In this document: in pieces, positions 27,730 to 36,480 of the stretch
Position numbering within the stretch: the stretch's first letter is position 1
Layout of the letters: the number at the start of each line of letters is the position of its first letter
Assembly (NCBI GenBank): GCA_964645605.1
Contig: CAZYCE010000001.1
Coordinates: 63 to 64,062 of the forward strand
Length of the DNA stretch: 64,000 nucleotides
Reading direction: 5' to 3'
Origin: an uncultured Gammaproteobacteria bacterium
Lineage (GTDB): Bacteria > Patescibacteriota > Microgenomatia > UBA8517
Notes under the pieces: generated by a model
Databases searched by the model: none
Told to the model about the DNA's origin: nothing
Seen by the model: only the letters and a program-made list of their open reading frames with translations
Made by a program: the position numbers and the translations under genes

Positions 27730-29087
27730 TTAAGAAATATAAAATACCAACAATTGTCGGAATGCTACTGCTTTTTGGTGGAGTTTTTGCGGGAGTCGTT
27801 CTTTTAAAAAACAACCAAATTTTTAGAATAGGAGCCAGCGTCACGGCTACACCCAAAGATGTCAGAATCAGCAATATTTCAGACTCATCAGCCACAATTA
27901 CTTGGCTTACTGAAGATTTAACAACCGGTTTTATCATTTATGGAGACAGTCAAAATGTAAATACGTCTGCCAATGAATCGCTCGATGATGCGAAATATAC
28001 CACCCATAGCGTTACAATTACGGGTCTCGCTCCCGATACAAATTATTATTTCAAAATTAATTCGGAAGCCACCGTTTTTGATAATAATGGTGTTCCTTGG
28101 CAATTTACAACAGGAAAGAATTTGGGGGCGAAACAATCATCTATTCCAATTTCCGGCGCACTGATTTCAGCAAGCGGTGAGCCTGTTGGCAGGGCAATTA
28201 TCTACATAATCGTAAACGGATATACCCTTTCTACCTTAACCTCTGAAAGCGGCAATTTTGTCTTACAACTCGGTGCAGCCCGTAGTCCCGATCTCTCCGC
28301 TTATGCCCAAATTGAACCGGCAAAAACACTTTTGGAAGTTTCTGCAATTACAGGAACAGGAGAGTCCGCAACCGCCAAAATATTTCCGCAATCTGCCGAC
28401 CCCATTCCGACCTTGGTTCTCGGCCAGGATCGAGATTTCAGAAGCCTTCCTCCGTCCAGTGATGGATTAAATCCAAACGTAGACTTAAGTTTACCTGAAG
28501 GGGCCAGTTCCGAATCGAAATTTAATGTGAGCGGAGAAAAAGCTTTGCCCTCAACCAACGTTACGCTGGAGAGTATCACGGAAGGAGAAACCGTGACAAG
28601 TAATAAACCTGAATTCTTTGGTGGCGGTCCAACTGGGGAAAAAATAACCATCACCATCCACTCTGAGGCCGAAATTACCGGTACAACAACCATTTCGCCA
28701 AACGGTTCCTGGAAGTGGTCTCCACCAACAAATCTTTCAGCAGGAGCACATTCAGTAACCATTTCCTGGATTGATACTGCCGGAATTACAAGAACCCTAA
28801 CCAGAAATTTTGTGGTACAGGCAGGCGAGCTACCCGCTTTTGAGGCAACGCCTACGGCGACGCCCATAAAAACAAAAACACCTACCCCCAAACCAACGGC
28901 GACAACCGGTACCAGCCCATCGGCAACACCTACAGCAACTAAAACCCGGACACCAAGACCAACCGGTACTTTAACCCCTGAAACACTTCCGGAGTCAGGG
29001 AGCTTGACTCCGACTATTTTACTATTTATGATGGGAATAGGTATCTTAGCCTTTAGTTTTTATACGTGGAAGGTATCTAGAGATTAA
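27726..29087 (+). CDS. Surface protein with an N-terminal signal anchor, a fibronectin type III-like domain, beta-rich domains, a Thr/Pro-rich stalk and a C-terminal LPESG + TM + basic tail sorting signal
   Basis: Fn3 / purple-acid-phosphatase-N-like pattern (SSATITWLTEDLTTGFIIYGDS...YTTHSVTITGLAPDTNYYFKI). The C-terminus reads TLPESGSLTPTILLFMMGIGILAFSFYTWKVSRD. The LPESG codons lie at 28986-29000. Confidence 0.6.
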   Translation: MIKKYKIPTIVGMLLLFGGVFAGVVLLKNNQIFRIGASVTATPKDVRISNISDSSATITWLTEDLTTGFIIYGDSQNVNTSANESLDDAKYTTHSVTITGLAPDTNYYFKINSEATVFDNNGVPWQFTTGKNLGAKQSSIPISGALISASGEPVGRAIIYIIVNGYTLSTLTSESGNFVLQLGAARSPDLSAYAQIEPAKTLLEVSAITGTGESATAKIFPQSADPIPTLVLGQDRDFRSLPPSSDGLNPNVDLSLPEGASSESKFNVSGEKALPSTNVTLESITEGETVTSNKPEFFGGGPTGEKITITIHSEAEITGTTTISPNGSWKWSPPTNLSAGAHSVTISWIDTAGITRTLTRNFVVQAGELPAFEATPTATPIKTKTPTPKPTATTGTSPSATPTATKTRTPRPTGTLTPETLPESGSLTPTILLFMMGIGILAFSFYTWKVSRD

Positions 29088-29091
29088 TTTA

Positions 29092-30192
29092 ATGCCCAGT
29101 CAAAATCAGCCGGATCCCAATCAAAACCAGCAACAGGATGGTCTTGGGTCTATTCCTTTTTCTCCACAGGCAGATTTACCTCCAATGCCTTCCGGACCTC
29201 AGACCCCCGATATTGCCGTGCCGACCCCACCCTCTGCCGATACAGAATCTCTTCCACCGATTGCCCCAGTCCAGCCAGAGGTAAATTCTGGGTCCGCCGC
29301 ACCACCACCAGCTTTTTCCAATATAACTTCTTCTCCCAAGAAAAAATTCGGTACCGGTAAAATAATTGCCACAATTCTTGGAATATTTGTGCTTGTTGGG
29401 GGGGTTGCCGCAGCAACATTAACAATCAACCAAAAACAACTTTTCCAACAAAAAGCGACTAACTTTGATTGTGGCGATGATGATCCAAGTAATTCATGTG
29501 TGCCTGAACTCCAATGCCCCTCAGGAGGTAGTCGTTCCGGAAATTGTGTTAATTTCGGCGATGTTTGTTGTCATTTACCGAGTCCAACCCCTAAGAGTGG
29601 GTGGGGAACAAATAAAGAGTGTAGAAATGTTCCTGGAACAACCGGAGATCATTGTATTTTAATTACTTGTCCTAATGGATGTGTGGACGGCTGTGGTGAG
29701 AATGCCCCTGGAGCCACAGTCAAGTCAGGAGACTGTAGTACACTGGCAAAGGAAGTTACCGGTATCTGTGGTCAGGTCGATTTGGTTAACGCTAATGGGG
29801 TTTACTGTGACACAGCTTCAACCAATGCCCAAATAAACTGTCCCCAACCAAAATGCAAAGTAACTACACCTCCCCCCAACACCACACCCACGCCTGCCGC
29901 GCCATACTGTGCATCAATTAAAACTTACAATTCGGGCTGGGTACTGATTCCTTCGGAAAATCTGCCTTCACTCACGTCTGGGACAACAATATATTTCTGC
30001 GTGAAAGGGACGGCTCCCTCAGGATCTTTTGATAAGGCGCGTTTCACAATTAACGGCACTCAACTTACTGCAACCACGCTTCAAAGGCCTGATCATGCAG
30101 ATCAATTTTGCCAGTCATACACAATTCCAAGTGGCACAACGACTTTTACCGTCACCGGGCAAATACACCACACAACATTAGGGTGGTTCTAG
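29092..30192 (+). CDS. Bitopic membrane protein with a Pro-rich cytoplasmic N-terminus, one TM and a cysteine-rich (about 28 Cys) ectodomain
   Basis: The first ~90 aa are P/Q/S-rich. The TM is IIATILGIFVLVGGVAAATL. The ectodomain contains many Cys in CxxxC/CC arrangements (DCGDDDPSNSCVPELQCPSGGSRSGNCVNFGDVCC...). Confidence 0.55.
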   Translation: MPSQNQPDPNQNQQQDGLGSIPFSPQADLPPMPSGPQTPDIAVPTPPSADTESLPPIAPVQPEVNSGSAAPPPAFSNITSSPKKKFGTGKIIATILGIFVLVGGVAAATLTINQKQLFQQKATNFDCGDDDPSNSCVPELQCPSGGSRSGNCVNFGDVCCHLPSPTPKSGWGTNKECRNVPGTTGDHCILITCPNGCVDGCGENAPGATVKSGDCSTLAKEVTGICGQVDLVNANGVYCDTASTNAQINCPQPKCKVTTPPPNTTPTPAAPYCASIKTYNSGWVLIPSENLPSLTSGTTIYFCVKGTAPSGSFDKARFTINGTQLTATTLQRPDHADQFCQSYTIPSGTTTFTVTGQIHHTTLGWF

Positions 30193-30195
30193 AAT

Positions 30196-30810
30196 ATGAA
30201 AAAACCTATAAGCAAAATCGGGACAATACTAATAATAATAGCAACCATAATTCTTGCCGGAATTGCCATATTTACGGCTTACAGACTCTACCAGCTCAGA
30301 CAACAGCCTGTGGCGCCCAATGTTCCTTCGAGTATTCCCCAGGCTCAAGAATCTTCCCAAAATTCAGCCTCTAGTGCTTGCACTTTGACATTTACCATAA
30401 CCACACCAACGGCAACACCTACCCCTGTGGGCTGTAACGATACGTGTGATGCAACCGTCGACCCACCAATATCATGCCAGGCAGAATATACCTGCAATCC
30501 AGAAAGTACGTTAAGCGGGGCTCCCAGATTTTGTAGAAATCCGGATTGTCCTGATCGAACTGATTGTGTGTGTCCAACCACCACACCTACTGCAACACCA
30601 ACAGTCACACCGAGCCCGATTCCTACACAAACCGCAGCACCTACAGATAACCCTACAGAGACACCTACCGCTACCGCCACTGCTAGGGGAACCTCTACTG
30701 CAACTCCAACCGAGGTGGCCTTACCGCAATCGGGCACTAGCTGGCCAACATTTATGGGGGCAGGGCTTGGGATACTTGTAATTCTTGGTGCAATGCTTTT
30801 AGCTCTCTGA
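30196..30810 (+). CDS. Small surface protein with an N-terminal signal anchor, a Cys-rich module, a Thr/Pro stalk and a C-terminal LPQSG + TM
   Basis: The N-terminal hydrophobic segment is IGTILIIIATIILAGIAIF. There are about 12 Cys. The TPTATP repeats form the stalk. The C-terminus reads EVALPQSGTSWPTFMGAGLGILVILGAMLLAL. The LPQSG codons lie at 30721-30735. Confidence 0.55.
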   Translation: MKKPISKIGTILIIIATIILAGIAIFTAYRLYQLRQQPVAPNVPSSIPQAQESSQNSASSACTLTFTITTPTATPTPVGCNDTCDATVDPPISCQAEYTCNPESTLSGAPRFCRNPDCPDRTDCVCPTTTPTATPTVTPSPIPTQTAAPTDNPTETPTATATARGTSTATPTEVALPQSGTSWPTFMGAGLGILVILGAMLLAL

Positions 30811-30817
30811 TCTTTCT

Positions 30818-31105
30818 GTGAATAAAATAATTCTTCTAATAATTCCAAGTATAGATTTTGTTAAAAATAATCTTGAAAAAATAATATTTATTATCGGGGG
30901 AGTTGTGGTTTTCTTTTTCGCCTATTGGTTAACCGTCTCCTCGCTTAAGAAACTAAAATCTGAAACCATTTCCTATTATCCTTTTGATAAATTTTTCCCA
31001 AAGTCGGGAAAGTGGTCTGTCGTCTATTTCTTAATTACAATTCTCCTTTTAGGAGTTCTCGTATACGTGATTATAAGAGGTGGATTTTATCTTGGCCCGG
31101 CATAA
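30818..31105 (+). CDS. Small two-TM membrane protein, hypothetical
   Basis: 95 aa with two hydrophobic helices. It lies between the surface-protein block and the convergent GT-C genes. Confidence 0.35.
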   Translation: MNKIILLIIPSIDFVKNNLEKIIFIIGGVVVFFFAYWLTVSSLKKLKSETISYYPFDKFFPKSGKWSVVYFLITILLLGVLVYVIIRGGFYLGPA

Positions 31106-31106
31106 A

Positions 31107-33515
31107 TTATCTCCAACTAGCCAGCCAATAGTAGCTTTTGTCCAACCATAAAGGCACCTGAAGTCCTGCCCAATGCGGATAGAAATAGACAAACGTCAGT
31201 AAACAGATAGTCAGATAAGGAAATATTAGTTTGGGAGTGCGGCGCAACATGTACCCAGTCGCAATTGCCAAAAACGGAATCGACGGCAGGTAGTGATAGA
31301 AAAACATTATTCTGGGGGATGCTGCCCAAGGTGCAAAAAATATTAGGTAAGAAAATACTACAAATCCCAAATTTTTGTTTTTCTCGAAAAATGAATAAAT
31401 AGCACACATTGCAACCGATGCCACACCAAACCAAAAAACAAGAGGGTTCCCCATGGCGTAGATCCTTGAAACCATTCCGCCCACTTCAGAACTTGTATAA
31501 AGATAAATCGGACGGATCAAAAAAGGCCAACTCCACCAAGGCGAAGTGTAAGGATGTGTTGCTCTAAGGCCAGTATGATACCACCACATCTGTTGCTGCA
31601 TACCCCACCAAGTTGTCAAATTATGACCTGTCGTAAACATCGGCAAATAGCTTAAAAGGTAAACGGCAAAAGGCAAAAGTAAAAACCACAGAATCGATGG
31701 CTTGAACTTATTCCTGCGTTTCAGCCAAAGAACAAAAATAATAGGAGCTGCCCAAAGCGCCGACCATTTGGACGCAAGGGCAAATCCGTAAAATATTGCC
31801 GAAGGAAGATCTTTTCCTTTCATAAATAAATAAATTGATAAAAGCGAGAAGAAAAGAATGTAGCTGTCATTCATTCCGATTCTACTCATTACAAGTGCCA
31901 GTCCGTCCAAACTGAAAACCGCGGCCGAAATGAGTCCAACCGCCTCATCATTAAATAATTTTTTGGCAACCAAATAAATTAAATATACCGCCCCCGTTCC
32001 CAAAAGAGCTCCGGGAATTCTCCAACCAAATGCGTTTTGTCCGAAAATACTCATCCCGGTAACCATTCCCAATTTCGCCACGGGAGGATGTGTCCATTCG
32101 TAGGCAAAACCTTCTGGCGGAGTATTCCACCATTCCCAGGCTTTTGCCGCCTCCGTCCCCATCATAACCTTGGCTGTGAACGCGTGGTAAACCTCATCAA
32201 AATACATATTGGTGGGAGAGCCTAAGTTAAACACGCGTGCAATAAACGCAAAACCCAGTATTGCGTAGAGGATATTTCTTGCCGATTTTTTACTTAAAGA
32301 TATTTTTGGAAAATTTTCAGAGGCCGACAATTTCAGATTAAATTTCGGCATTTTAATTTTGGGGAGTTTCTCCCAAAAAATAAGGCAAAAATAAGACAAA
32401 AGAAATATCAGTCCGATTATTTTTGAGACCGAAAAACTAAAATCTTTCAAAACTTTTAGACTTAAGAAATTATCATTGTAATATGCGTACGGATAAAAAA
32501 TGTTCAAAAAACTGGCTATAGACGTAATGATGTAAATTACAAGAAGATTTTTGGATTTCGCGAGTCCGGCAGCAGTTAACAAAAACGCAAAAAATGGAAA
32601 AAGATATCGTTCATGCACTTTTGTCGGAAAAAGGAAGAAGCAGAGGCTTAGGAGTGCAAAAAGCAAATACCAATTATATTTTTTATCGAGCTTGTTTCGT
32701 AAAGCAAAAACCGCAAATCCAACCCCCAAAGCCAATAGTATTGTTCCCCAGGTTGACAGACTTACACCGGCAAAGACCAGGCTGTCCGGTTTCCACATAC
32801 CAAACCATGACCAAATATTAAAGGCATTAACCGAAGAGTAGGAATAGGACCTAAACATCTGCGCCAAAAGCTTCGGCAATCCGAGAATAGGGTCAGACGG
32901 GAAAAACAAAAATGAACCCGCCAATATTGTAGTAGCACCCACCAATATTCCTGGGAGAGTATTCTTCCAACTAATCTTTTTCAAAAATATTGCGGCGGCA
33001 AGAGCCGGCAATATTGCCGCCGCCTGGGGTTTTATAAGAAAGGAAACTGACCAGAAAAATACCGACCAAATGAAATTTTTCTTCTCTACCAAAAAGTAAG
33101 CTGACAGAAAAAGCGCTAGGGTTAAAAGCCCGTCAATTTGTCCCCAAACTGATCCGTCAAAAATAATAACCGGGTTAAGAGTATAAAAGAAGAACAATGC
33201 CAGAGCAATTTTTTTGTTTACCTTTTTAACAAGAGTGTAGATGATTATGCCTACGGCAATATCAGCCAAAATTATCGGAATCTTAATTGCCAGGGGGCTC
33301 AGCCAACCAAGTTTCCCGATTCCCCAAAGGTAGTACAAAAAACCAGGTGTATATTGGGTCCATGTTTGGTTTGTGTAAAATCCGGCAAATCCAACCGTTG
33401 CCAATCTCTGCGACCAAGCGATCCATGTTCCCATATCAATCTGAAAACTGGGCAAAAAGGATATAAAAAAACGGGAAACAAAAACAACCAGTGAGGAAAT
33501 AAATATTTCTACCAT
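31107..33515 (-). CDS. Tandem GT-C glycosyltransferase: an N-terminal PMT_2/GT87-like module fused to a complete GT39 (PMT-like) module
   Basis: 802-aa polytopic protein. The N-terminal half (about 1-390) has GT-C hallmarks (DMGTWIAWSQRL..., FLIKPQAAAILPALAAAIF, VHERYLFPFF). The C-terminal half (about 400-802) reads like a full PMT-family enzyme (NMYFDEVYHAFTAK with the DE motif in loop 1, then ...MSRIGMNDSYILFF..., and a C-terminal 4TM domain GMQQQMWWYHTGLRATHPYTSPWWSWPF). Confidence 0.65.
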   Translation of the reverse strand: MVEIFISSLVVFVSRFFISFLPSFQIDMGTWIAWSQRLATVGFAGFYTNQTWTQYTPGFLYYLWGIGKLGWLSPLAIKIPIILADIAVGIIIYTLVKKVNKKIALALFFFYTLNPVIIFDGSVWGQIDGLLTLALFLSAYFLVEKKNFIWSVFFWSVSFLIKPQAAAILPALAAAIFLKKISWKNTLPGILVGATTILAGSFLFFPSDPILGLPKLLAQMFRSYSYSSVNAFNIWSWFGMWKPDSLVFAGVSLSTWGTILLALGVGFAVFALRNKLDKKYNWYLLFALLSLCFFLFPTKVHERYLFPFFAFLLTAAGLAKSKNLLVIYIITSIASFLNIFYPYAYYNDNFLSLKVLKDFSFSVSKIIGLIFLLSYFCLIFWEKLPKIKMPKFNLKLSASENFPKISLSKKSARNILYAILGFAFIARVFNLGSPTNMYFDEVYHAFTAKVMMGTEAAKAWEWWNTPPEGFAYEWTHPPVAKLGMVTGMSIFGQNAFGWRIPGALLGTGAVYLIYLVAKKLFNDEAVGLISAAVFSLDGLALVMSRIGMNDSYILFFSLLSIYLFMKGKDLPSAIFYGFALASKWSALWAAPIIFVLWLKRRNKFKPSILWFLLLPFAVYLLSYLPMFTTGHNLTTWWGMQQQMWWYHTGLRATHPYTSPWWSWPFLIRPIYLYTSSEVGGMVSRIYAMGNPLVFWFGVASVAMCAIYSFFEKNKNLGFVVFSYLIFFAPWAASPRIMFFYHYLPSIPFLAIATGYMLRRTPKLIFPYLTICLLTFVYFYPHWAGLQVPLWLDKSYYWLASWR

Positions 33516-35416
33516 GTTACTTTGTATATTTTAAAATTTTGCGTCTGTTTTACCAAGGGAAAGGTCGAATTAAGGAAAGTCTCATCCGGATTATAGCTTT
33601 CCCTCTCTATGTATCCTAAAACTATATAGTCAACGCCGTATTTTTTTATTAGTGATACATCTCCTTTATACATTTTCTTTATATCAATTTCTCTTCCCCG
33701 GTTATCTATTCCTTGTGTCCAAAGGTAGCCCGGATATCCCATCAGAATTTGTCTGCCCGCCAAAATCGAAAACTGATTATGCTGCGGACCCGTAAGAACC
33801 AGGTCTCCGGGGTCCGTGTTGTCAATCTCCCATTTGGCCAGCACAATATCCTCCTTGCTAAAAAGGCCATAAAAAGTCTGGTAATCGCCTATTATTAACA
33901 AAGCTCCGCTTATGACGAAAAAAGATGTAACGGCAACAGCCAATGATTTACCCGGAAGATTTAATTCAAAAAGTTTAGTTACCAAAACCGACACAACGAT
34001 CGAAGAAACCGCATACCAGGCCAAAAAGATTTTGTAATTATCCCAATTGAAAGGTTGAAAATTAATAATATTGCCAAGAATGAAAATTACAAAAATCGGC
34101 AAATAGAATAATTTCTGTTTTTTATCGAGCAGTGTGTAGCCAACAAGAAGCAGTGGAATAAACACACCTAAGTTTGTTAACCAAAAATTAAACAGTCCCT
34201 CAGATCCGACAACCCAACCTAATTTAATTGAAAAGAAATGTAACCCGCCACCGAATACCTGCGGGAGATGCCAAAGCATACCCAAAATCCCCAGCGGTAT
34301 CGAAAAGTATAAGATGGGTAAAATAAACTTTACCGCTTTAACAAAAGTCGCTTTGTTATATATCCAGTATGAGAGTACATAAAACGGCAAAACTATACCC
34401 AGAGCGATAAGTGCATGTGTATGCCATAAAGGCAGAAGTCCGATAATAAGTCCTGCCAGAACCATTTCTTTACCTCCCTTTGTCTTTTCAAAACTCACGT
34501 AGAGAAGTAAAAGCACAATTAGAAATGCTGCCATTCCCACCAGTATTGGCCGCTCTGCCATAAAAACACTACTTACTGCGTTTGGAAACCGAAAATTATA
34601 TTTTTCGATAACGGAACGGAAGCTTTGAGTAAACAGTTCACCTGAAACAGGTGTTCCCCAAGACTCTTTCAACATCAGATAACCTCCAAGTCCCCCGTTA
34701 AAAATAAAGATCAAAAATGCAATGACAGTAGCGGTTATACTTTTACAAAATCTATAGGCGAAAAGAAGGAGGGAAGCAAATACACACTCACCAAAGATCA
34801 GTCCCGGAATGATCAATGAGTACTGTAAATTAAAACCAATTGTCCTAAAAATTGCTGTGTAAAAATCGATCATAAACGGGTAGGCAAGATTTACACCGGC
34901 ATAAATCGGATTTTGGGGAGGAAAATTCTTGCCGAGAAAAAAGGAGTTTATTATTGCCAAATGATATTGAATATCGCCATATGTATTGTGAGGGGTAAAC
35001 AAACCGTTTGCTGTTTCGGGAAGCATATGCCTCTGCAACAGAAATAAAAAAACGAGAGAACTCAAAAGTAGTACAAACAAAATAACCTTTTCACCGGGTT
35101 CCATATTAAAATTAACTTTTAGTTTTTGCCTTTTCCTGGCATATAAAAATATATCTACGCAAGCAAAAACAGCTAAAACTACAAGCACGGCTATTTCCGA
35201 AAGCCCTATTAGAAGAGACAAAACAAAAACAAATGAAACAAAAAATATTTGTCCCAGAAACAAGCTAATAAAACCCATTTCCAGTCTTTTTAAATTTACT
35301 TTGGCTGCCAAGAGGATACGCCTGACAACACCCGTCGGAACAATTAAAAAGGCCAGACATATTAATGCTCGCAGGAGATAGACCATAATTAATTTTTCAA
35401 AATTGTCCGGAACCAA
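33509..35416 (-). CDS. Polytopic membrane protein, probably a GT-C-type glycosyltransferase with a C-terminal soluble domain
   Basis: 635 aa with more than 12 predicted TM helices and a C-terminal hydrophilic domain (...GYPGYLWTQGIDNRGREIDIKKMYKGDVSLIKKYGVDYIVLGYIE...). It overlaps the downstream GT-C gene by 7 nt. It may start at the internal Met at 35386. Confidence 0.4.
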   Translation of the reverse strand: MVPDNFEKLIMVYLLRALICLAFLIVPTGVVRRILLAAKVNLKRLEMGFISLFLGQIFFVSFVFVLSLLIGLSEIAVLVVLAVFACVDIFLYARKRQKLKVNFNMEPGEKVILFVLLLSSLVFLFLLQRHMLPETANGLFTPHNTYGDIQYHLAIINSFFLGKNFPPQNPIYAGVNLAYPFMIDFYTAIFRTIGFNLQYSLIIPGLIFGECVFASLLLFAYRFCKSITATVIAFLIFIFNGGLGGYLMLKESWGTPVSGELFTQSFRSVIEKYNFRFPNAVSSVFMAERPILVGMAAFLIVLLLLYVSFEKTKGGKEMVLAGLIIGLLPLWHTHALIALGIVLPFYVLSYWIYNKATFVKAVKFILPILYFSIPLGILGMLWHLPQVFGGGLHFFSIKLGWVVGSEGLFNFWLTNLGVFIPLLLVGYTLLDKKQKLFYLPIFVIFILGNIINFQPFNWDNYKIFLAWYAVSSIVVSVLVTKLFELNLPGKSLAVAVTSFFVISGALLIIGDYQTFYGLFSKEDIVLAKWEIDNTDPGDLVLTGPQHNQFSILAGRQILMGYPGYLWTQGIDNRGREIDIKKMYKGDVSLIKKYGVDYIVLGYIERESYNPDETFLNSTFPLVKQTQNFKIYKVTW

Positions 35417-36480
35417 TTTTGAATTTCACCCCATCTTCCATTACCCGCTTTCGGAATAAAAACGTATAAATTGTCGTAGGTCTCATTTATCGGTGGATTT
35501 ATCAAAAGATCCTCCGGAAGAAGATTTTGGCTTACATTTTTGCTGCCATCTAAGGCTTTCCTGGCTAAAATACCGGCAGTCGGTAAATCAATATCGGTTT
35601 CAACATATTTATTGACAATATTAAGCAAGGAGAGATCAATCTTTAGTGATAAATATACTTTCGGATCAGTAATCTTTTTCTTAATGGCGTCTATTACTTT
35701 CTGCTGTCTTGCCTCACGGGCGGTGTCCGTGCCCTCAATTCCTTCTGCATGACGTGAACGGACAAATTTCAAGGCAGTTTCGCCATTCATGGTTTGCAAT
35801 CCCGAATTGAAAGTTATCGTTTCGTAACGGCACGCAAAAGTCTTGTCGCCGCCGCATGCATCGTTCTCACGCCCTGCAATAGGGTAAAATTTATCGGTGA
35901 AGGCGCTGCCGACATTAACCTCGATCCCTCCCAATGTATCGATTATTTCCTTAAACGAAGAGAAATCAATCACAACCCCATACTGGATATCCTGCCCGGT
36001 AACTTCTTTTGTGATTTTCTTAGCCAATCCGATTCCGCTTCCGTTTGCGCCGCTATCGAAAAACGGAGTGCCTGTTTTCCCCCAATAATAAGCAGAGTTA
36101 ATTTTTGCCCGAAGTTCCGGTATCCAAATATCACGCGGAATTGAAACCGTTTTAATAGCCGGATTTTCCAAAAAAACCGAAGTCAAAATCATCGTATCTG
36201 TCAGATCTGCACCGTCGTGGTCTTCTCCGGACTTACCCATAACCAGTATGTTTACCTTTTGGCCATCCGAAGCAATTTGAGAAACAGGAGCTGTGACAAA
36301 GTTATAAAGAGTTTTTGCCAGTGGGGGATATTTATAAAAAAGTATGCCGATGCCTAAAAAAATAAAGAGAAGAATCAACAAAAAAATAAAAAGCAAAACT
36401 TTTAAAATATTTCTCTTTGTTTTTTTGGCCGGTTTCTCCGGTCGCTCATCAACATCTTGCATGTTAGAATGGTCAAGCAT
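35389..36480 (-). CDS. LytR-CpsA-Psr (LCP) family phosphotransferase
   Basis: N-terminal TM, then the LCP core (KVNILVMGKSGEDHDGADLTDTMILTSVFLENPAIKTVSIPRDIWIPE...VVIDFSSFKEIIDTLGGIEVNV). Confidence 0.8.
   Translation of the reverse strand: MLDHSNMQDVDERPEKPAKKTKRNILKVLLFIFLLILLFIFLGIGILFYKYPPLAKTLYNFVTAPVSQIASDGQKVNILVMGKSGEDHDGADLTDTMILTSVFLENPAIKTVSIPRDIWIPELRAKINSAYYWGKTGTPFFDSGANGSGIGLAKKITKEVTGQDIQYGVVIDFSSFKEIIDTLGGIEVNVGSAFTDKFYPIAGRENDACGGDKTFACRYETITFNSGLQTMNGETALKFVRSRHAEGIEGTDTAREARQQKVIDAIKKKITDPKVYLSLKIDLSLLNIVNKYVETDIDLPTAGILARKALDGSKNVSQNLLPEDLLINPPINETYDNLYVFIPKAGNGRWGEIQNWFRTILKN

Noticed and set aside
28850-28990. Nucleotide repeats of ACACCTAC/ACGCCTAC type (also at 30580-30720) that might look like a tandem-repeat element
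   Set aside because: They encode Thr/Pro/Ala-rich stalk linkers (TPTATP...) inside the two surface-protein genes. This is coding low complexity, not a CRISPR array or a non-coding satellite. No spacer and repeat periodicity is present.
36344-36478. Upstream part of the UvrD ORF-track entry (MPMPKKIKRRINKK...)
   Set aside because: This segment overlaps the 5' coding region of the LCP gene on the opposite strand. It encodes a basic low-complexity peptide. Helicase motif I begins ~30 residues after the Met at 36479, so I take that Met as the start.
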